A stretch of 64,000 bases of DNA from NCBI GenBank assembly GCA_034420695.1, contig DAOULB010000002.1, forward strand, positions 7,817 through 71,816. The letters are read 5' to 3'. The notes beneath the pieces were generated by a model. That model was not told the DNA's origin, searched no databases, and saw only the letters and a list, made by a program, of their open reading frames with translations. A program made the translations under genes and the position numbers. Below are positions 36,068-45,912 of the stretch, piece after piece (within the stretch, counting starts at the first letter, position 1; every line of letters begins with the position of its first letter). The stretch comes from Dehalococcoidia bacterium (lineage in GTDB: Bacteria; Chloroflexota; Dehalococcoidia; Lucifugimonadales; UBA3495).

Positions 36068-38072
36068 CTTGGGGGCCATGTGTCTCTGGATAGGCCTGGC
36101 CCTGTCCTCCTATGCGGTTTTCGGCTCCCTGTTGGGTAAGGTCTACGGTGCGCCGGCTTTGACCCTCAGCGCCCGGAGAGCTTCCTACTTGGTGGTGCTG
36201 GTGCTGCTGGTGGCCACCATGAGCCTTGTCGCTTCATTTATCACCCGGGACTTCCAAGTGGCCTACGTGGCGGGCCACAGCGACTTGGCCATGCCGGACC
36301 GTTTCACTTGGGTGGCCTTCTATGCCGGGAATGAGGGCTCCCTGCTGTACATTGCCTTTGCCCTTTCGGTCCTGGCGGCGCTGGCCCTCTGGAGGGCGCC
36401 TCAACAGGTGAGGGACACACTGCCCTACACCAACGCTGTGCTGATGTTCGTGCTGGCCTTCTTCCTGGCGGTCACCGCGTTCATGGCTAATCCCTTCGAC
36501 AAGCTTCCCGTTGCGTTGCCCGACGGCCAGGGGATCAATCCGCTGTTGACCCACTTGGGCATGTTTTTCCACCCACCGATGCTGATGGCGGGGCTGGTGG
36601 CGACCTGCATCCCCTTGTCCTTCGCCATGGGTTCTCTCATGGGCGGCAAGGCCGGAGACGAGTGGGTGGACGCGGGACGTCATTGGGGCCTGATCTCCTG
36701 GGCCCTGCTGGCCGGCGGTCTGTTGCTGGGCTCTTGGTGGGCCTATACCATCCTGGGGTGGGGCGGTTTCTGGTTCTGGGACCCGGTGGAAAATGCCGCC
36801 TTTATGCCTTGGCTGGCCCTGACGGCCTTCGTTCACTCGATCATGGTGCAGAAGCGCCGGGGCATGTTCCGCATGTGGAACATCGTGCTGATTAACGCGG
36901 CCTTCAGCCTGGCCCTGTACGGCATGTTTATGAACCGGGGCGGCCCGGTTCCCTCGGTCCACTCCTTCGGGGCCTCCACCCTGGGTTGGGTATTCCTGCT
37001 CTTCCTGGCCGTGGGGACCATAGTGCCCTTTGCCGTCTTCTTCTGGAGATATCATCAGTTGAGGAGTGCCCAGCACTTGGACTCCATGCTGTCCCGGGAG
37101 GCGGCGTTTCTGCTCAACAACCTGATGCTGCTGGGCATCGCATTTGTGACCCTTTGGGGCACGGTATATCCCTTGATTTCCAAGCTCAGTCTGGGCGAGT
37201 CGATTACCATAGCCCGGCCTTTTTACGACCAGATAAACGGCCCATTGATGCTCGCCTTGATTCTGCTGATGGGAGTGGGGCCCCTGCTCCCTTGGCGGCG
37301 TTCCACTGTGGCCGGAATCCGGCGGTCGCTGCTGCTGCCTGGCGCCGTTGCAGTCTTGGTGGTAGCGGTCTTGGCAGCCTTGGGTATACACAAGGTCTAT
37401 GCCCTGATCGGCTTCGGGTTGAGCGCCTTGGTCACCACGGGCATCCTCGCCGAATGGTGGCGCGGCGCCCGGGCCAGGCACAGTTCCCGAGGGGAGATAT
37501 ACCCCGTGGCCTTCCTGCACCTCATCTGGTCCAACCGGCCCCGGTACGGCGGATACGTCGTCCACCTTGCCGTGGTGATGGTGGCCTTGGGTGTGGTGGG
37601 AGCGTCTTTCTTCAATACCCAGAAGGACCTGATCCTGGCTCCCGGTGAAACGGCGGTCATCGAGGACTACGAAATTCGCTACTTGGGAACCGAGGAGGAG
37701 TTCAAGGGAAACCGGACGGAGTTCACTTCCACCGTGGAACTCTACCGCGGGGGCGAACTCCTGGACGTGCTGCATCCCCAGCGGGCCTTCTACCCGTCCT
37801 TCAACATGGCATCGACCAGGGCCGCCATCCGCTCCACCCCGGTGGACGACTTTTACTTGGTGCCCAGCGAGAATCTGGCTAACGGAAGTGTGGGGTTCAG
37901 GATACTGGTCAACCCGCTTATGTGGTGGATGTGGATAGCAGGCCCCGTGCTGTTGGTGGGGACTCTGGTTTCCCTGTGGCCCTCGCCGGTCAAAGCGCCG
38001 GCACCCGTGCCGGCGGTACGACGGGAGGCTGTTGCCCTGCCCATTTCGAACGAACCCGCCGTTCCCGGTTGA
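36060..38072 (+). CDS. ccmF: Cytochrome c-type biogenesis protein CcmF (haem lyase)
   Basis: 670 aa, polytopic. WGGFWFWDPVENAAFMPWL is the tryptophan-rich WWD-type motif. It overlaps the ccmH stop by 8 nt. Confidence 0.9.
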   Translation: MADLGAMCLWIGLALSSYAVFGSLLGKVYGAPALTLSARRASYLVVLVLLVATMSLVASFITRDFQVAYVAGHSDLAMPDRFTWVAFYAGNEGSLLYIAFALSVLAALALWRAPQQVRDTLPYTNAVLMFVLAFFLAVTAFMANPFDKLPVALPDGQGINPLLTHLGMFFHPPMLMAGLVATCIPLSFAMGSLMGGKAGDEWVDAGRHWGLISWALLAGGLLLGSWWAYTILGWGGFWFWDPVENAAFMPWLALTAFVHSIMVQKRRGMFRMWNIVLINAAFSLALYGMFMNRGGPVPSVHSFGASTLGWVFLLFLAVGTIVPFAVFFWRYHQLRSAQHLDSMLSREAAFLLNNLMLLGIAFVTLWGTVYPLISKLSLGESITIARPFYDQINGPLMLALILLMGVGPLLPWRRSTVAGIRRSLLLPGAVAVLVVAVLAALGIHKVYALIGFGLSALVTTGILAEWWRGARARHSSRGEIYPVAFLHLIWSNRPRYGGYVVHLAVVMVALGVVGASFFNTQKDLILAPGETAVIEDYEIRYLGTEEEFKGNRTEFTSTVELYRGGELLDVLHPQRAFYPSFNMASTRAAIRSTPVDDFYLVPSENLANGSVGFRILVNPLMWWMWIAGPVLLVGTLVSLWPSPVKAPAPVPAVRREAVALPISNEPAVPG

Positions 38073-38180
38073 TGCACGGGCAATCGCCGCCCAATGCCGG
38101 TACGGGGCCGGAAGTTCAGGCCCCGGTTACCAGGGCGGTGTCCCTGATGTGCTACTTCACCGTCGTCTCGGATTGAAGAA

Positions 38181-38513
38181 GTGGAAATCGCAATAGCAGC
38201 CGTGCTTGCTTGCTTCAGCTTGGCCATTGTGGCGTTCCCATTGCTCGTGGCGAGGCGCAGAGGCGAGGCTTTGGGCGAAACCAGCCAGCCCACAGTCCAA
38301 ATAACGGGGGCGGCCTTGGAATTCCAGGGAATCCGCGAGTCTATCCAAACCCTGCAGTTGGACTACGAACTGGGCAAGGTCACTCCCGAGCAGTACCATG
38401 AACAGTTGCAATCCTACCGGCTAGCTGCCGCCGATGCCCTGAGACGCCAGGGCCAGGAGCCGCCATCTTCCATAACCGCGCCGGAGACCTCCGTTGAAGC
38501 AACCGACCGTTAA
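38181..38513 (+). CDS. Hypothetical membrane-anchored protein (110 aa) inside the ccm cluster
   Basis: GTG start, one N-terminal TM helix, then a helical soluble part (LQLDYELGKVTPEQYHEQLQSYRLAAADAL). It may be CcmI/CcmH-C-like, but I cannot support that. Confidence 0.45.
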   Translation: MEIAIAAVLACFSLAIVAFPLLVARRRGEALGETSQPTVQITGAALEFQGIRESIQTLQLDYELGKVTPEQYHEQLQSYRLAAADALRRQGQEPPSSITAPETSVEATDR

Positions 38514-39636
38514 GGCCCATCCCGCCGTCCGGTGGCGGCTCCGTGGAGCCGGGCGGTCTGTTTGGCGGAGCGCCTCCCTGTGGCGCCTCGCTGTGGTTGT
38601 CTTGATTTCCGGAATGGCGCTGTTGCTTCCGGGCTTGGCCGAGGGCGACAGCCACGGCGGCTTCACGGTCTCGGGCGTGGTGGTCAACGAGACCGCCGGA
38701 GGTGAAACGCCTTCGGGGTTGGCGGTATTCCTGCTGGTAACCGGGCCCTCGGGGGACTTGGTCTATTCCGGCCAATCGGAGACGGGACCTGACGGAGATT
38801 TCTCCTTTCCCGGAGTGTCCCGAGGGTCGGGCGAGCAGTTCCTGTTCAATGTCTCCTACGACGGAGTGCCCTACAGTACGGTGCTCACTCCTGCCGAGGC
38901 AGAAGAAGAGGTTACCCTGCCGGTCTATGAGACTACTTCCGATGTTTCCGTGGTCAGAGTGCAGCGGCAGGTCTTGGTCATCGTCGGAATTGATGAGAAC
39001 GACGGGCAAATCTCCGCTTTGGAGTTCGTCCGCTTCACCAATGAAAGCGACCGCACCCTCAAGCCCGACTTGGCATCGGCCGCCCCAATGATGAGCTTCC
39101 TGAGGTTCTCCCTGCCCGGTGATGCGGTGGGTCTCAGCGTCAATTCCGATTTGCCCAGCGCGGAGATAATCTCCGTGGGCACCGGGTTCGCCGTCACCGC
39201 TCCCATAGCACCGGGGCCCCATAGCGTGGAGTACTCGTTCACCTTTCCTTACGAAGAAGACCGGGTCTCCTACCGGCAGAACCTGCTGCAGGGCGCGGAG
39301 GTTTACCAAGTCATGGTCCCCGAGGCGTTGCCCGGCCTCCAGGTTGACCCGTTGGAGCCGGTCCCTCCCATCGACATTCAAGGCACCAGGTACCGGGTGT
39401 GGGAGGCGAGGGACCGGAATCCCCGGCAGGGACTAACCCTGGAAATAAACAACCTGCCCCGGCCCTCTCTTCCGGGCCGCGTTGCTTCGGCGGTCAGCGG
39501 GTCGTCCTTCTGGCTGACGGCAATACCGGTGCTCTTCGGTCTTGGCTTGGCGGTGGCCTTGGTGGCTGGAGTGGCCAGCCGTCCCCGCCCTGTTGGCGCT
39601 CCCGCCGGCGGGACTCCCCCGGAGCCGGATAGTTGA
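38494..39636 (+). CDS. Hypothetical exported, C-terminally anchored protein (about 380 aa)
   Basis: N-terminal signal/anchor and beta-rich repeats (FTVSGVVVNETAGGE..., carboxypeptidase-regulatory-like by eye). A C-terminal TM (FWLTAIPVLFGLGLAVALVAGV) is followed by a Pro-rich tail. The TTG start is uncertain. Confidence 0.5.
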   Translation: MKQPTVKAHPAVRWRLRGAGRSVWRSASLWRLAVVVLISGMALLLPGLAEGDSHGGFTVSGVVVNETAGGETPSGLAVFLLVTGPSGDLVYSGQSETGPDGDFSFPGVSRGSGEQFLFNVSYDGVPYSTVLTPAEAEEEVTLPVYETTSDVSVVRVQRQVLVIVGIDENDGQISALEFVRFTNESDRTLKPDLASAAPMMSFLRFSLPGDAVGLSVNSDLPSAEIISVGTGFAVTAPIAPGPHSVEYSFTFPYEEDRVSYRQNLLQGAEVYQVMVPEALPGLQVDPLEPVPPIDIQGTRYRVWEARDRNPRQGLTLEINNLPRPSLPGRVASAVSGSSFWLTAIPVLFGLGLAVALVAGVASRPRPVGAPAGGTPPEPDS

Positions 39637-40211
39637 CCAAGCGCCAGTGGATTCTGCTGGCCTCAGCCCTGCCGGTGCTGGCCTTGCTGGCGCTGCTGGC
39701 ATGGGGTTCGATAAAGCTGGGCAGTGAACCGGGAAGCTTGGGCGTCAACGATGAGTTCGGGGAAGTGGAGGTCAGCCGGGAGTACATTACCGACTTCGAA
39801 ATGGAACTCTTTGACGGCGGCGCCCTTGATACGGCCCAGTTGCGGGGAAAGTTGGTCTTGGTGGACTTCTGGGCTTCGTGGTGCCCCCCCTGCCGCCACG
39901 AGGCCCCTGAACTGGCGCAGGTGTACAACGAGTACCGGGAGCGCCCTGTTGAGTTCGTAGGCGTGAACATATGGGACAATGAGAAGGCAGCCGTGGACTA
40001 CTTGGCCGAGTTCGGGGTGCCCTATCCCAACGCCATTGACCGGGAAGGCTCGATTGCCATTGAATACGGCGTCCGGGGTATTCCGGAAAAGTTCTTTGTC
40101 GGGGGCGACGGACGGGTGCTGAGAAAATTTGTGGGTCCGATTACGGGGCAGGACCTGAGACAAGTGCTGGATGACCTGCTGCTCCGGGAAGGACTCTATC
40201 CGGACAACTGA
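39633..40211 (+). CDS. TlpA/ResA/CcmG-like thiol:disulfide oxidoreductase
   Basis: N-terminal anchor, thioredoxin fold with FWASWCPPCRHE, and later GIPEKFFV (cis-Pro loop region). Confidence 0.8.
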   Translation: MTKRQWILLASALPVLALLALLAWGSIKLGSEPGSLGVNDEFGEVEVSREYITDFEMELFDGGALDTAQLRGKLVLVDFWASWCPPCRHEAPELAQVYNEYRERPVEFVGVNIWDNEKAAVDYLAEFGVPYPNAIDREGSIAIEYGVRGIPEKFFVGGDGRVLRKFVGPITGQDLRQVLDDLLLREGLYPDN

Positions 40212-40285
40212 GTGGGGCAGGTTGGAGCGGAACAGCAGCGCAAGTTTTGCAGAGGCTCTATTTGTCTGAGGGGCTCGTGGCCGAG

Positions 40286-41311
40286 ATGAACACTCCCGGA
40301 ACAGGTGTCATAGTGATGGACTGGGGCGGCACCTGGATCCGGGTGGCCGTCGTCGACCGGGATGGCGCAGTCGTTTGGCAGGACCGCACACCCAGCCCGA
40401 AAGGGGGCACCCGGCGGCAGTTGCTGGATGCCGCCGAGGCAATGTTGCGGGCGTCCGTGGAGATGGCCCGGCCCCTTCAGCCGACGGCGTTGGGGATAGC
40501 CGCCGCAGGGCCGGTGGATCCCGTCAGCGGCACAATCTTCGATCCTCCAAACCTTCCTCCCTTGGACGGTGTCTCGTTCAAGGAGTTGTGGGAGCCGATG
40601 TTCGGTTGCCCGGTGTGGGCCGGCAATGACGCCAACCTGGCGGCCTTGGGTGAGTTCCGCTTCGGCGCTGGAAGAGGCGCCAGGGACAGTGGGTTTCCCA
40701 CGGCCAGCCTGGTTTATGTGACTGTCAGCACCGGGCTGGGCGCAGGAGTTGTCGAACAGGGCAGGTTGCTGCTGGGGGCCAATGGCATGGCGGCCGAGGT
40801 GGGCCACATGGTGATAGACCGCAGCTCCAGGGCACCCCTCTGCACTTGCGGCAACCGGGGATGCCTGGAAGCCCTGAGTTCGGGCGGCGGCATCGCCCGC
40901 ATTGCCAGAGAACGGGTGGCCCAGTCCCGGGCCTCGGGCTCAACCTTGAACGCCATGGAGCCGGAATCCATCACCTCCGAGGTTGTCTTCCGGGAGGCGG
41001 CTCATGGCGATTCCCTGTCCCGGGAACTGGTGGACGAAGCGGTCGAATCCTTGGGCGTGGGTTTGGGCAACACCCTGCACCTTTACAACCCGGACTTGGT
41101 GGTCCTGGGGGGCGGAGTGACGGTGGGGTTGGTCCAGTTGGACCTACTGCCTCGAATCAAGGCAATCATGGACGGCCATGCCATGAGCGAAAAGCACAAG
41201 GAGTTCCGGCTGGTGGCTGGTACGCTGGGAGACTCAGCGGGAATAACCGGGGCCGCTGCCTTGGCTTGGGGCAACCTGGAACAGGGCGCCACGCCAACCA
41301 CGGGGGCCTGA
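40286..41311 (+). CDS. ROK-family sugar kinase/regulator
   Basis: MDWGGTWIRVAVVD (ATPase N-terminal motif), GAGVVEQGRLLLG, and the zinc motif CTCGNRGCLEA. Start moved to ATG 40286. Confidence 0.85.
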   Translation: MNTPGTGVIVMDWGGTWIRVAVVDRDGAVVWQDRTPSPKGGTRRQLLDAAEAMLRASVEMARPLQPTALGIAAAGPVDPVSGTIFDPPNLPPLDGVSFKELWEPMFGCPVWAGNDANLAALGEFRFGAGRGARDSGFPTASLVYVTVSTGLGAGVVEQGRLLLGANGMAAEVGHMVIDRSSRAPLCTCGNRGCLEALSSGGGIARIARERVAQSRASGSTLNAMEPESITSEVVFREAAHGDSLSRELVDEAVESLGVGLGNTLHLYNPDLVVLGGGVTVGLVQLDLLPRIKAIMDGHAMSEKHKEFRLVAGTLGDSAGITGAAALAWGNLEQGATPTTGA

Positions 41312-41370
41312 GTCCGGGAAAGTCCAAAAGAAATGGGAAGCTCATCCAGTTGGCCGAGCGGTCCCGGCAG

Positions 41371-42144
41371 CTAGACGATGTACCTGCCCCCGACCACGTT
41401 CAGTCTGTCCCCGGTGATGTAGGCGGATTCGTCGGAAGCAAAGAACAGGCAGGCGTTGGCTATATCGTCCACCGTGGCTTGCCGCCGCATGGGGATATCC
41501 CGCAGGTGCTCCTCGGAGCCCCGGGTGATTGCTTGGAATTCCGGGTACCACTCGGGGCTGCGGCGCTCGGTGTCGGTTGAGCCGGGGTTCACCACGTTGG
41601 CCCGCACATTGTACGGGGCCATCTCCGCCGCCACGGATCGTATGAGACCCAGCATGCCGGTCTTGGCCGCCGTCACCGCGGTGGTGCCCGGCCTTCCGGT
41701 GATGGCCGCTTGGCCTCCCAGGGCAACAAGGCTGCCCGACCTTCTCTCCATCATCCCCGGCAAAACGGCCCGGCAGAGGTAGAAGGTTGCATGCAGGTTG
41801 GTGGCCATCACCTGCAGCCACTCCTCGTCGGTGACCTCGACGATGGGCCGGTGGGGCCGGATTGCCACGTTGGAGACCAGCACGTCGATTTGTCCCAGTT
41901 CCCGTATCCCCGCGTCAACCATCCGGGATACCTGCTCCGAGTCGGACACGTCGGCCAGGACGGTGTGCACCCTAGCTCCCAACTCCCGGCACTGGGCCGC
42001 CACTTGCTCCAGCTCCTCGTTGCTGCTTCGGGTGTTCAGCACCAAGTTCGCTCCCTCCCGGGCAAAGGCCAAGGCTATCTCGCTGCCGATGTTCCTGCTT
42101 GCCCCGGTGATGAGAGCGGTTTTACCATCCAGCCTTCCAACCAT
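41371..42144 (-). CDS. SDR-family oxidoreductase (FabG-like)
   Basis: ALITGASRNIGSEIA, NVAI, and YNVRANVVNPG. Start moved to ATG 42144. Confidence 0.85.
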   Translation of the reverse strand: MVGRLDGKTALITGASRNIGSEIALAFAREGANLVLNTRSSNEELEQVAAQCRELGARVHTVLADVSDSEQVSRMVDAGIRELGQIDVLVSNVAIRPHRPIVEVTDEEWLQVMATNLHATFYLCRAVLPGMMERRSGSLVALGGQAAITGRPGTTAVTAAKTGMLGLIRSVAAEMAPYNVRANVVNPGSTDTERRSPEWYPEFQAITRGSEEHLRDIPMRRQATVDDIANACLFFASDESAYITGDRLNVVGGRYIV

Positions 42145-42335
42145 AGCCTGCAACCAGCCTCCGTCAGACTCCCCGTCGCCGGGGCTCAACTCCGGCAAGG
42201 CTAACACAGGGCGGTATTGGGGGCAAACGTGGCCCGCCCAACTTGGGTGTTCTCGTCTCGCCGGATGTGCCGCTTGACCCCCAGTGGGCTGGGTGTGAAA
42301 ATTGGGCCTGCATTCCGATGCTAGGAGAGGTCGCC

Positions 42336-43136
42336 ATGAAATGGTGCAGGTTCAGTAAGAATGACAAAACAGCTTTTGGAGTAATCCAAGGGGAGACCGT
42401 CGTAGAAGTCGTTGGCAGTCCCTTCGACGGCAACGGCGGGGCCGGTCTGGAGCAGAAGAGGGTGGCCCAGCACCAGCTTTCTGAAGTCAAGCTGTTGCCG
42501 CCGGTTATCCCACCCACCTTCTACGCCGCGGGGATCAACTACCCGGAGCACGTGACTTGGGCCGCCCAGATGCGGGGCGAAGAGCCCAAGCTGCCGGAAG
42601 CTGCGGACATCGGCTACCGGGCGGTTAACTCCATCACCGGCCACTTGGACCCGATTATCGTGCCCAAGGACGCCACGGAGCAGGTGCAGTACGAGGGCGA
42701 GCTGGTGGTGGTCATCGGCAAGGAGTGCAAGAACGTCACCGAAGAGCAGGCGCTGGACTACGTCTTCGGTTACACCATAGGTAACGACGTGAGCGAGCGC
42801 ACTTGGCAGCGGAACGACCGCACCTTCTGGCGGGCCAAGAACTCCGACACCTTCGCTCCCATGGGGCCCTGGATTGTCACCGGGCTGGAGCCCGACGACC
42901 TCCACGTCACCGTCAGGCTGAACGAACGGACTGTTGGTGAATACGACGTCAAGACAGCAATCTTCAGCGTCCGCCATTACATCAGCCGGATGAGCAAGTA
43001 CCTGACGCTGGTGCCCGGTGACGTGGTCTGGATGGGCACCGACGGCGCCACCGAGAACATGAAGGACGGCGATACCATAGAGATAGACATCTCCGAGATT
43101 GGCACCCTGAGCAACAAGGTGGTCTGGGAGAAGTAG
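42336..43136 (+). CDS. Fumarylacetoacetate hydrolase (FAH) family protein
   Basis: YEGELVVVIGK, FGYTIGNDVSER, KNSDTFAPMGPWIVT and PGDVVWMGT. AGGAGAGG RBS before ATG 42336. Confidence 0.85.
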   Translation: MKWCRFSKNDKTAFGVIQGETVVEVVGSPFDGNGGAGLEQKRVAQHQLSEVKLLPPVIPPTFYAAGINYPEHVTWAAQMRGEEPKLPEAADIGYRAVNSITGHLDPIIVPKDATEQVQYEGELVVVIGKECKNVTEEQALDYVFGYTIGNDVSERTWQRNDRTFWRAKNSDTFAPMGPWIVTGLEPDDLHVTVRLNERTVGEYDVKTAIFSVRHYISRMSKYLTLVPGDVVWMGTDGATENMKDGDTIEIDISEIGTLSNKVVWEK

Positions 43137-43224
43137 CGTTCGTCACTGTCATGTAGCCCAAGGGGGTCCTTTCCATAGGTTTTAGTTTTCAGGCCTCTTT
43201 GGGCTACGGTGCAATACAGGCCTT

Positions 43225-43482
43225 ATGGCACGCATCACCGTGGATATTAACGACTTAGCGTGCGCCGAAGTAATGCGGCGTTTTCAACTGGCCACCAAGG
43301 GCGAGGCCATAAACTTTGCGCTGCGAACGCCGGCCGCCGAACCCTTGTCAGTCGAGGAGGCGCGGGGGCTTCGAGGGAGCGGTTGGGAAGGTGACTTAGA
43401 AGCGATGCGCCGCGCTAGGTCACCTTGGTTTCGGGCGATGCTTCCAAAGAATCCGGCCCCTTTCCCTTGTAGTCACCCTTAG
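43225..43482 (+). CDS. VapB-type (DUF2191-like) type II antitoxin, apparently orphan
   Basis: MARITVDINDLACAEVMRRFQLATKGEAINFALR ... LRGSGWEGDLEAMRRAR matches the RHH-like VapB/DUF2191 pattern. No PIN gene follows. Confidence 0.65.
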   Translation: MARITVDINDLACAEVMRRFQLATKGEAINFALRTPAAEPLSVEEARGLRGSGWEGDLEAMRRARSPWFRAMLPKNPAPFPCSHP

Positions 43483-43853
43483 CTCGCCCCTATCCCCGTC
43501 TCTGCCGACCAGGCCTGCAGCCCACGGCGGAAGGCCAGGGCGCCCATGGGTGCGATTACTGCCTGCAGCGCCTCCAGTATCTCCCGGGGCGAGGCCCCTT
43601 CCTGCAAGGCCACCCTTACATGGGCCTGAATCTGCTCCACGTCGGCCCGCAGCGCCGCCTCCACTACTATTTGCAGCAGTTCCTTGGTCTTGCGGTCCAG
43701 CAACCGCTGGCCGGTGTAAGTGGCCTCGATGAACTGGTGGTATTTCTCCGCCCACTCCAGGTCGGCTTCCGCCATGATGCGGTGCATTTCCAGGGTGTAC
43801 CCCCGGCCCTGCTGGGTCCGTTCCAGAAACTCCCGGGCTTCGTTGGTGGACAT
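43479..43853 (-). CDS. Carboxymuconolactone decarboxylase (AhpD-like) family protein
   Basis: KTKELLQIVVEAALRADVEQIQAHVRVALQEGASPREILEALQ fits the CMD-domain helices. Start moved to ATG 43853. Confidence 0.75.
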   Translation of the reverse strand: MSTNEAREFLERTQQGRGYTLEMHRIMAEADLEWAEKYHQFIEATYTGQRLLDRKTKELLQIVVEAALRADVEQIQAHVRVALQEGASPREILEALQAVIAPMGALAFRRGLQAWSAETGIGAS

Positions 43854-43885
43854 GGTCTGCTCCTGTGCAAAGGGTGGTTGAGTGC

Positions 43886-44950
43886 CTAGAGATCGTAGTG
43901 TTGGCGGGCCGCAGCCTGCCTGGAGTTGTCCTGCTGAAACAGGTCGGGGTGAGTGTTGCGGGCCAGCGCCAAGTGGTAGGTGAACAGTTGCAGCGGCACA
44001 ACGTACACCAAGGGACTCCACAGTTCGGGCATTTCCGGCAGTAGGAAGGCTTGGCCCAGTTCTCCCGGAAAGTTGGCATCCCCCTGTTGCACCAAGGCCC
44101 AGACCGGAGCCCCCACCTCCCGGCAGGCCCGGGCTATATCCAGCGACCGTTGATGGCCCGGCCCAGGGGGAGCGATCAGCGTGACCAAGCAGCCCTCGTC
44201 CACCGAACAGAAGGGGCCGTGAAGTATCTGCTCGGTCTGGAGTCCTTCGCTGTCGGCGGCGCTGGTCTCCTTGATCTTCAGGGCCACTTCATAGGCATTG
44301 GCCGTATTGGGGCCCCAGCCGGTGCAGATGTAGCGCACCCGGGCCTGGTGTTCCTTGGAGGTCTCCCCGATTTCACTTTCCCGGTCCACCACTGAAGCGA
44401 TGTGGTCGGGCACTTCCTGGAGGCGGGCCCGCAGGTCTGCCCGAAGGTTGTCGCCGGCGTCCGGGAGGCCCAACCCGGTGGCGACCTGGGCCAAAACCGT
44501 CAGCGCCGAGGTGTAGCTTACGGTGAAGGCCGCCGAGCGTTCCTGCTCCACGGTGTTGAGTTCCAGGTCTGCCACGCGTATCCGGGCGCCGGGACTGGTG
44601 GAGGTGACAGCCACGGTGTAGGCCCCGCGGGCCTTGGCCAGTTCCAAGGCCAGGAAGGAGTATGTCTTGGTGCCCCGGTGGCTGATTACGACCACGGCGT
44701 CATTCTGGTCCAGCGGCGGCGGATAGGAGTAGAACTCGAAGGAGTGCCAAGCTTGCACCTCGGGGGAGCCTTGGGCGAAATGCCTGAACCAGTGCTCGGC
44801 CACCAAGGCGGCGTGCCAGGAGGTGCCTATGCCCACCAAGTACACCCGGCGCTTCTGCGCCAGAGCCGCTGCTGCCTCGGCTGCGCCGTCCCGGCGGGCT
44901 TCCAGCAACCGGGCCACGGCCCGGGGCTGGTCCAAAATGGCGTCGTGCAT
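43886..44950 (-). CDS. SIS-domain sugar isomerase / GlmS-C-terminal-like protein (two SIS repeats)
   Basis: FMHDAILDQP start region, VYLVGIGTSWHAALVAEHWF, and VVVISHRGTKTYS. The start is ATG 44950, or alternatively ATG 45106. Confidence 0.8.
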   Translation of the reverse strand: MHDAILDQPRAVARLLEARRDGAAEAAAALAQKRRVYLVGIGTSWHAALVAEHWFRHFAQGSPEVQAWHSFEFYSYPPPLDQNDAVVVISHRGTKTYSFLALELAKARGAYTVAVTSTSPGARIRVADLELNTVEQERSAAFTVSYTSALTVLAQVATGLGLPDAGDNLRADLRARLQEVPDHIASVVDRESEIGETSKEHQARVRYICTGWGPNTANAYEVALKIKETSAADSEGLQTEQILHGPFCSVDEGCLVTLIAPPGPGHQRSLDIARACREVGAPVWALVQQGDANFPGELGQAFLLPEMPELWSPLVYVVPLQLFTYHLALARNTHPDLFQQDNSRQAAARQHYDL

Positions 44951-45127
44951 GAAATAGGGATGGGTTTCCCGGACCTGTTGTGGTTGGGCCACTGCCGACC
45001 TCTCAGCGTCTATTTTGCCACTGGGTTCCCGAAACACAGGGCGTGGTACAATTCGCCGGACTCCCCGATTCCGGCCCGGCTGAAAATATTGTCCCTTCTC
45101 CAACATGGGGCCTGGAGGTAAACTGCC

Positions 45128-45763
45128 TTGCCGCCCTACCCGCCTGATGCGTTTGAACGCGTAGACGAAAGCGATGACGCCCTGTTCTACACCATGCCCC
45201 GGATGGTGGTCCACATAGACGACCACGCCATCGCCGCGGTCTCAGGGTTGTTCCGTGAATTGATCCCCCCGGACTCGGTGGTGCTGGACCTCATGAGCAG
45301 TTGGCGCTCCCACTGGCCGGCCGGACACCCCAAGGCCCGCCTCACCGGCCTCGGCATGAACGCCGAGGAGATGGAGGACAACCCGGACTTGGACGACTAC
45401 GTGGTCCACGACGTGAACAAAGACCCCCGACTGCCCTTCGAGGAAGACACCTTCGACGCTACGGTGCTAACCGTTTCGGCCCAGTACCTGACCAGTCCGG
45501 TGGAAACCTTCCGGCAGGTTAACCGGGTCCTCAAGCCGGGCGGGGTGTTCATCGTATCATTTTCCAACCGGATGTTTCCCACCAAGGCGGTGCGCATCTG
45601 GCGAATGGGAAACGACAGGCAGCACATTGAGCTGGTGGAGTCCTACATGGAAGAGGCGGGCAACTTCCAGGCCATGAAGTCCGGCTTCGTGAACCCTGGC
45701 CAGAGCCCGCCTGCAGAACCCCTGTTCGCCGTGGTGGGCCTGAAGTCACCCCCGGACGCCTAG
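45128..45763 (+). CDS. Class I SAM-dependent methyltransferase
   Basis: VVLDLMSSWRSHWP (motif I region) and LKPGGVFIVSFSNRMF (post-II). The TTG start from the track is unverified. Confidence 0.7.
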   Translation: MPPYPPDAFERVDESDDALFYTMPRMVVHIDDHAIAAVSGLFRELIPPDSVVLDLMSSWRSHWPAGHPKARLTGLGMNAEEMEDNPDLDDYVVHDVNKDPRLPFEEDTFDATVLTVSAQYLTSPVETFRQVNRVLKPGGVFIVSFSNRMFPTKAVRIWRMGNDRQHIELVESYMEEAGNFQAMKSGFVNPGQSPPAEPLFAVVGLKSPPDA

Positions 45764-45912
45764 CAACACCCGGTTCGCTCTTCTGAAGCCCCCGTGGTGG
45801 GTCTCGGAGATCCCGGGGGTAGGAGGTATGTCTTGTCCCCAAACGGCCCGGGGCCGGGAGTAAGTCCACGGTATTGCGGGCGCTGGTCTGGAGCCCCTCG
45901 GCTCTGTCGACC

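Noticed and set aside
36234-37775. 513-aa ORF antisense to ccmF
   Set aside because: It is Arg/Gly/Pro/His/Gln-rich with low complexity, typical of the antisense of a GC-rich gene. The + strand carries clear CcmF motifs (the WWD-type tryptophan-rich motif).
43400-43900. Hidden vapC (PIN) toxin downstream of vapB
   Set aside because: No + strand ORF with a D-x-x-(V/L) PIN N-terminus exists here. The space is occupied by a convergent CMD-family gene.
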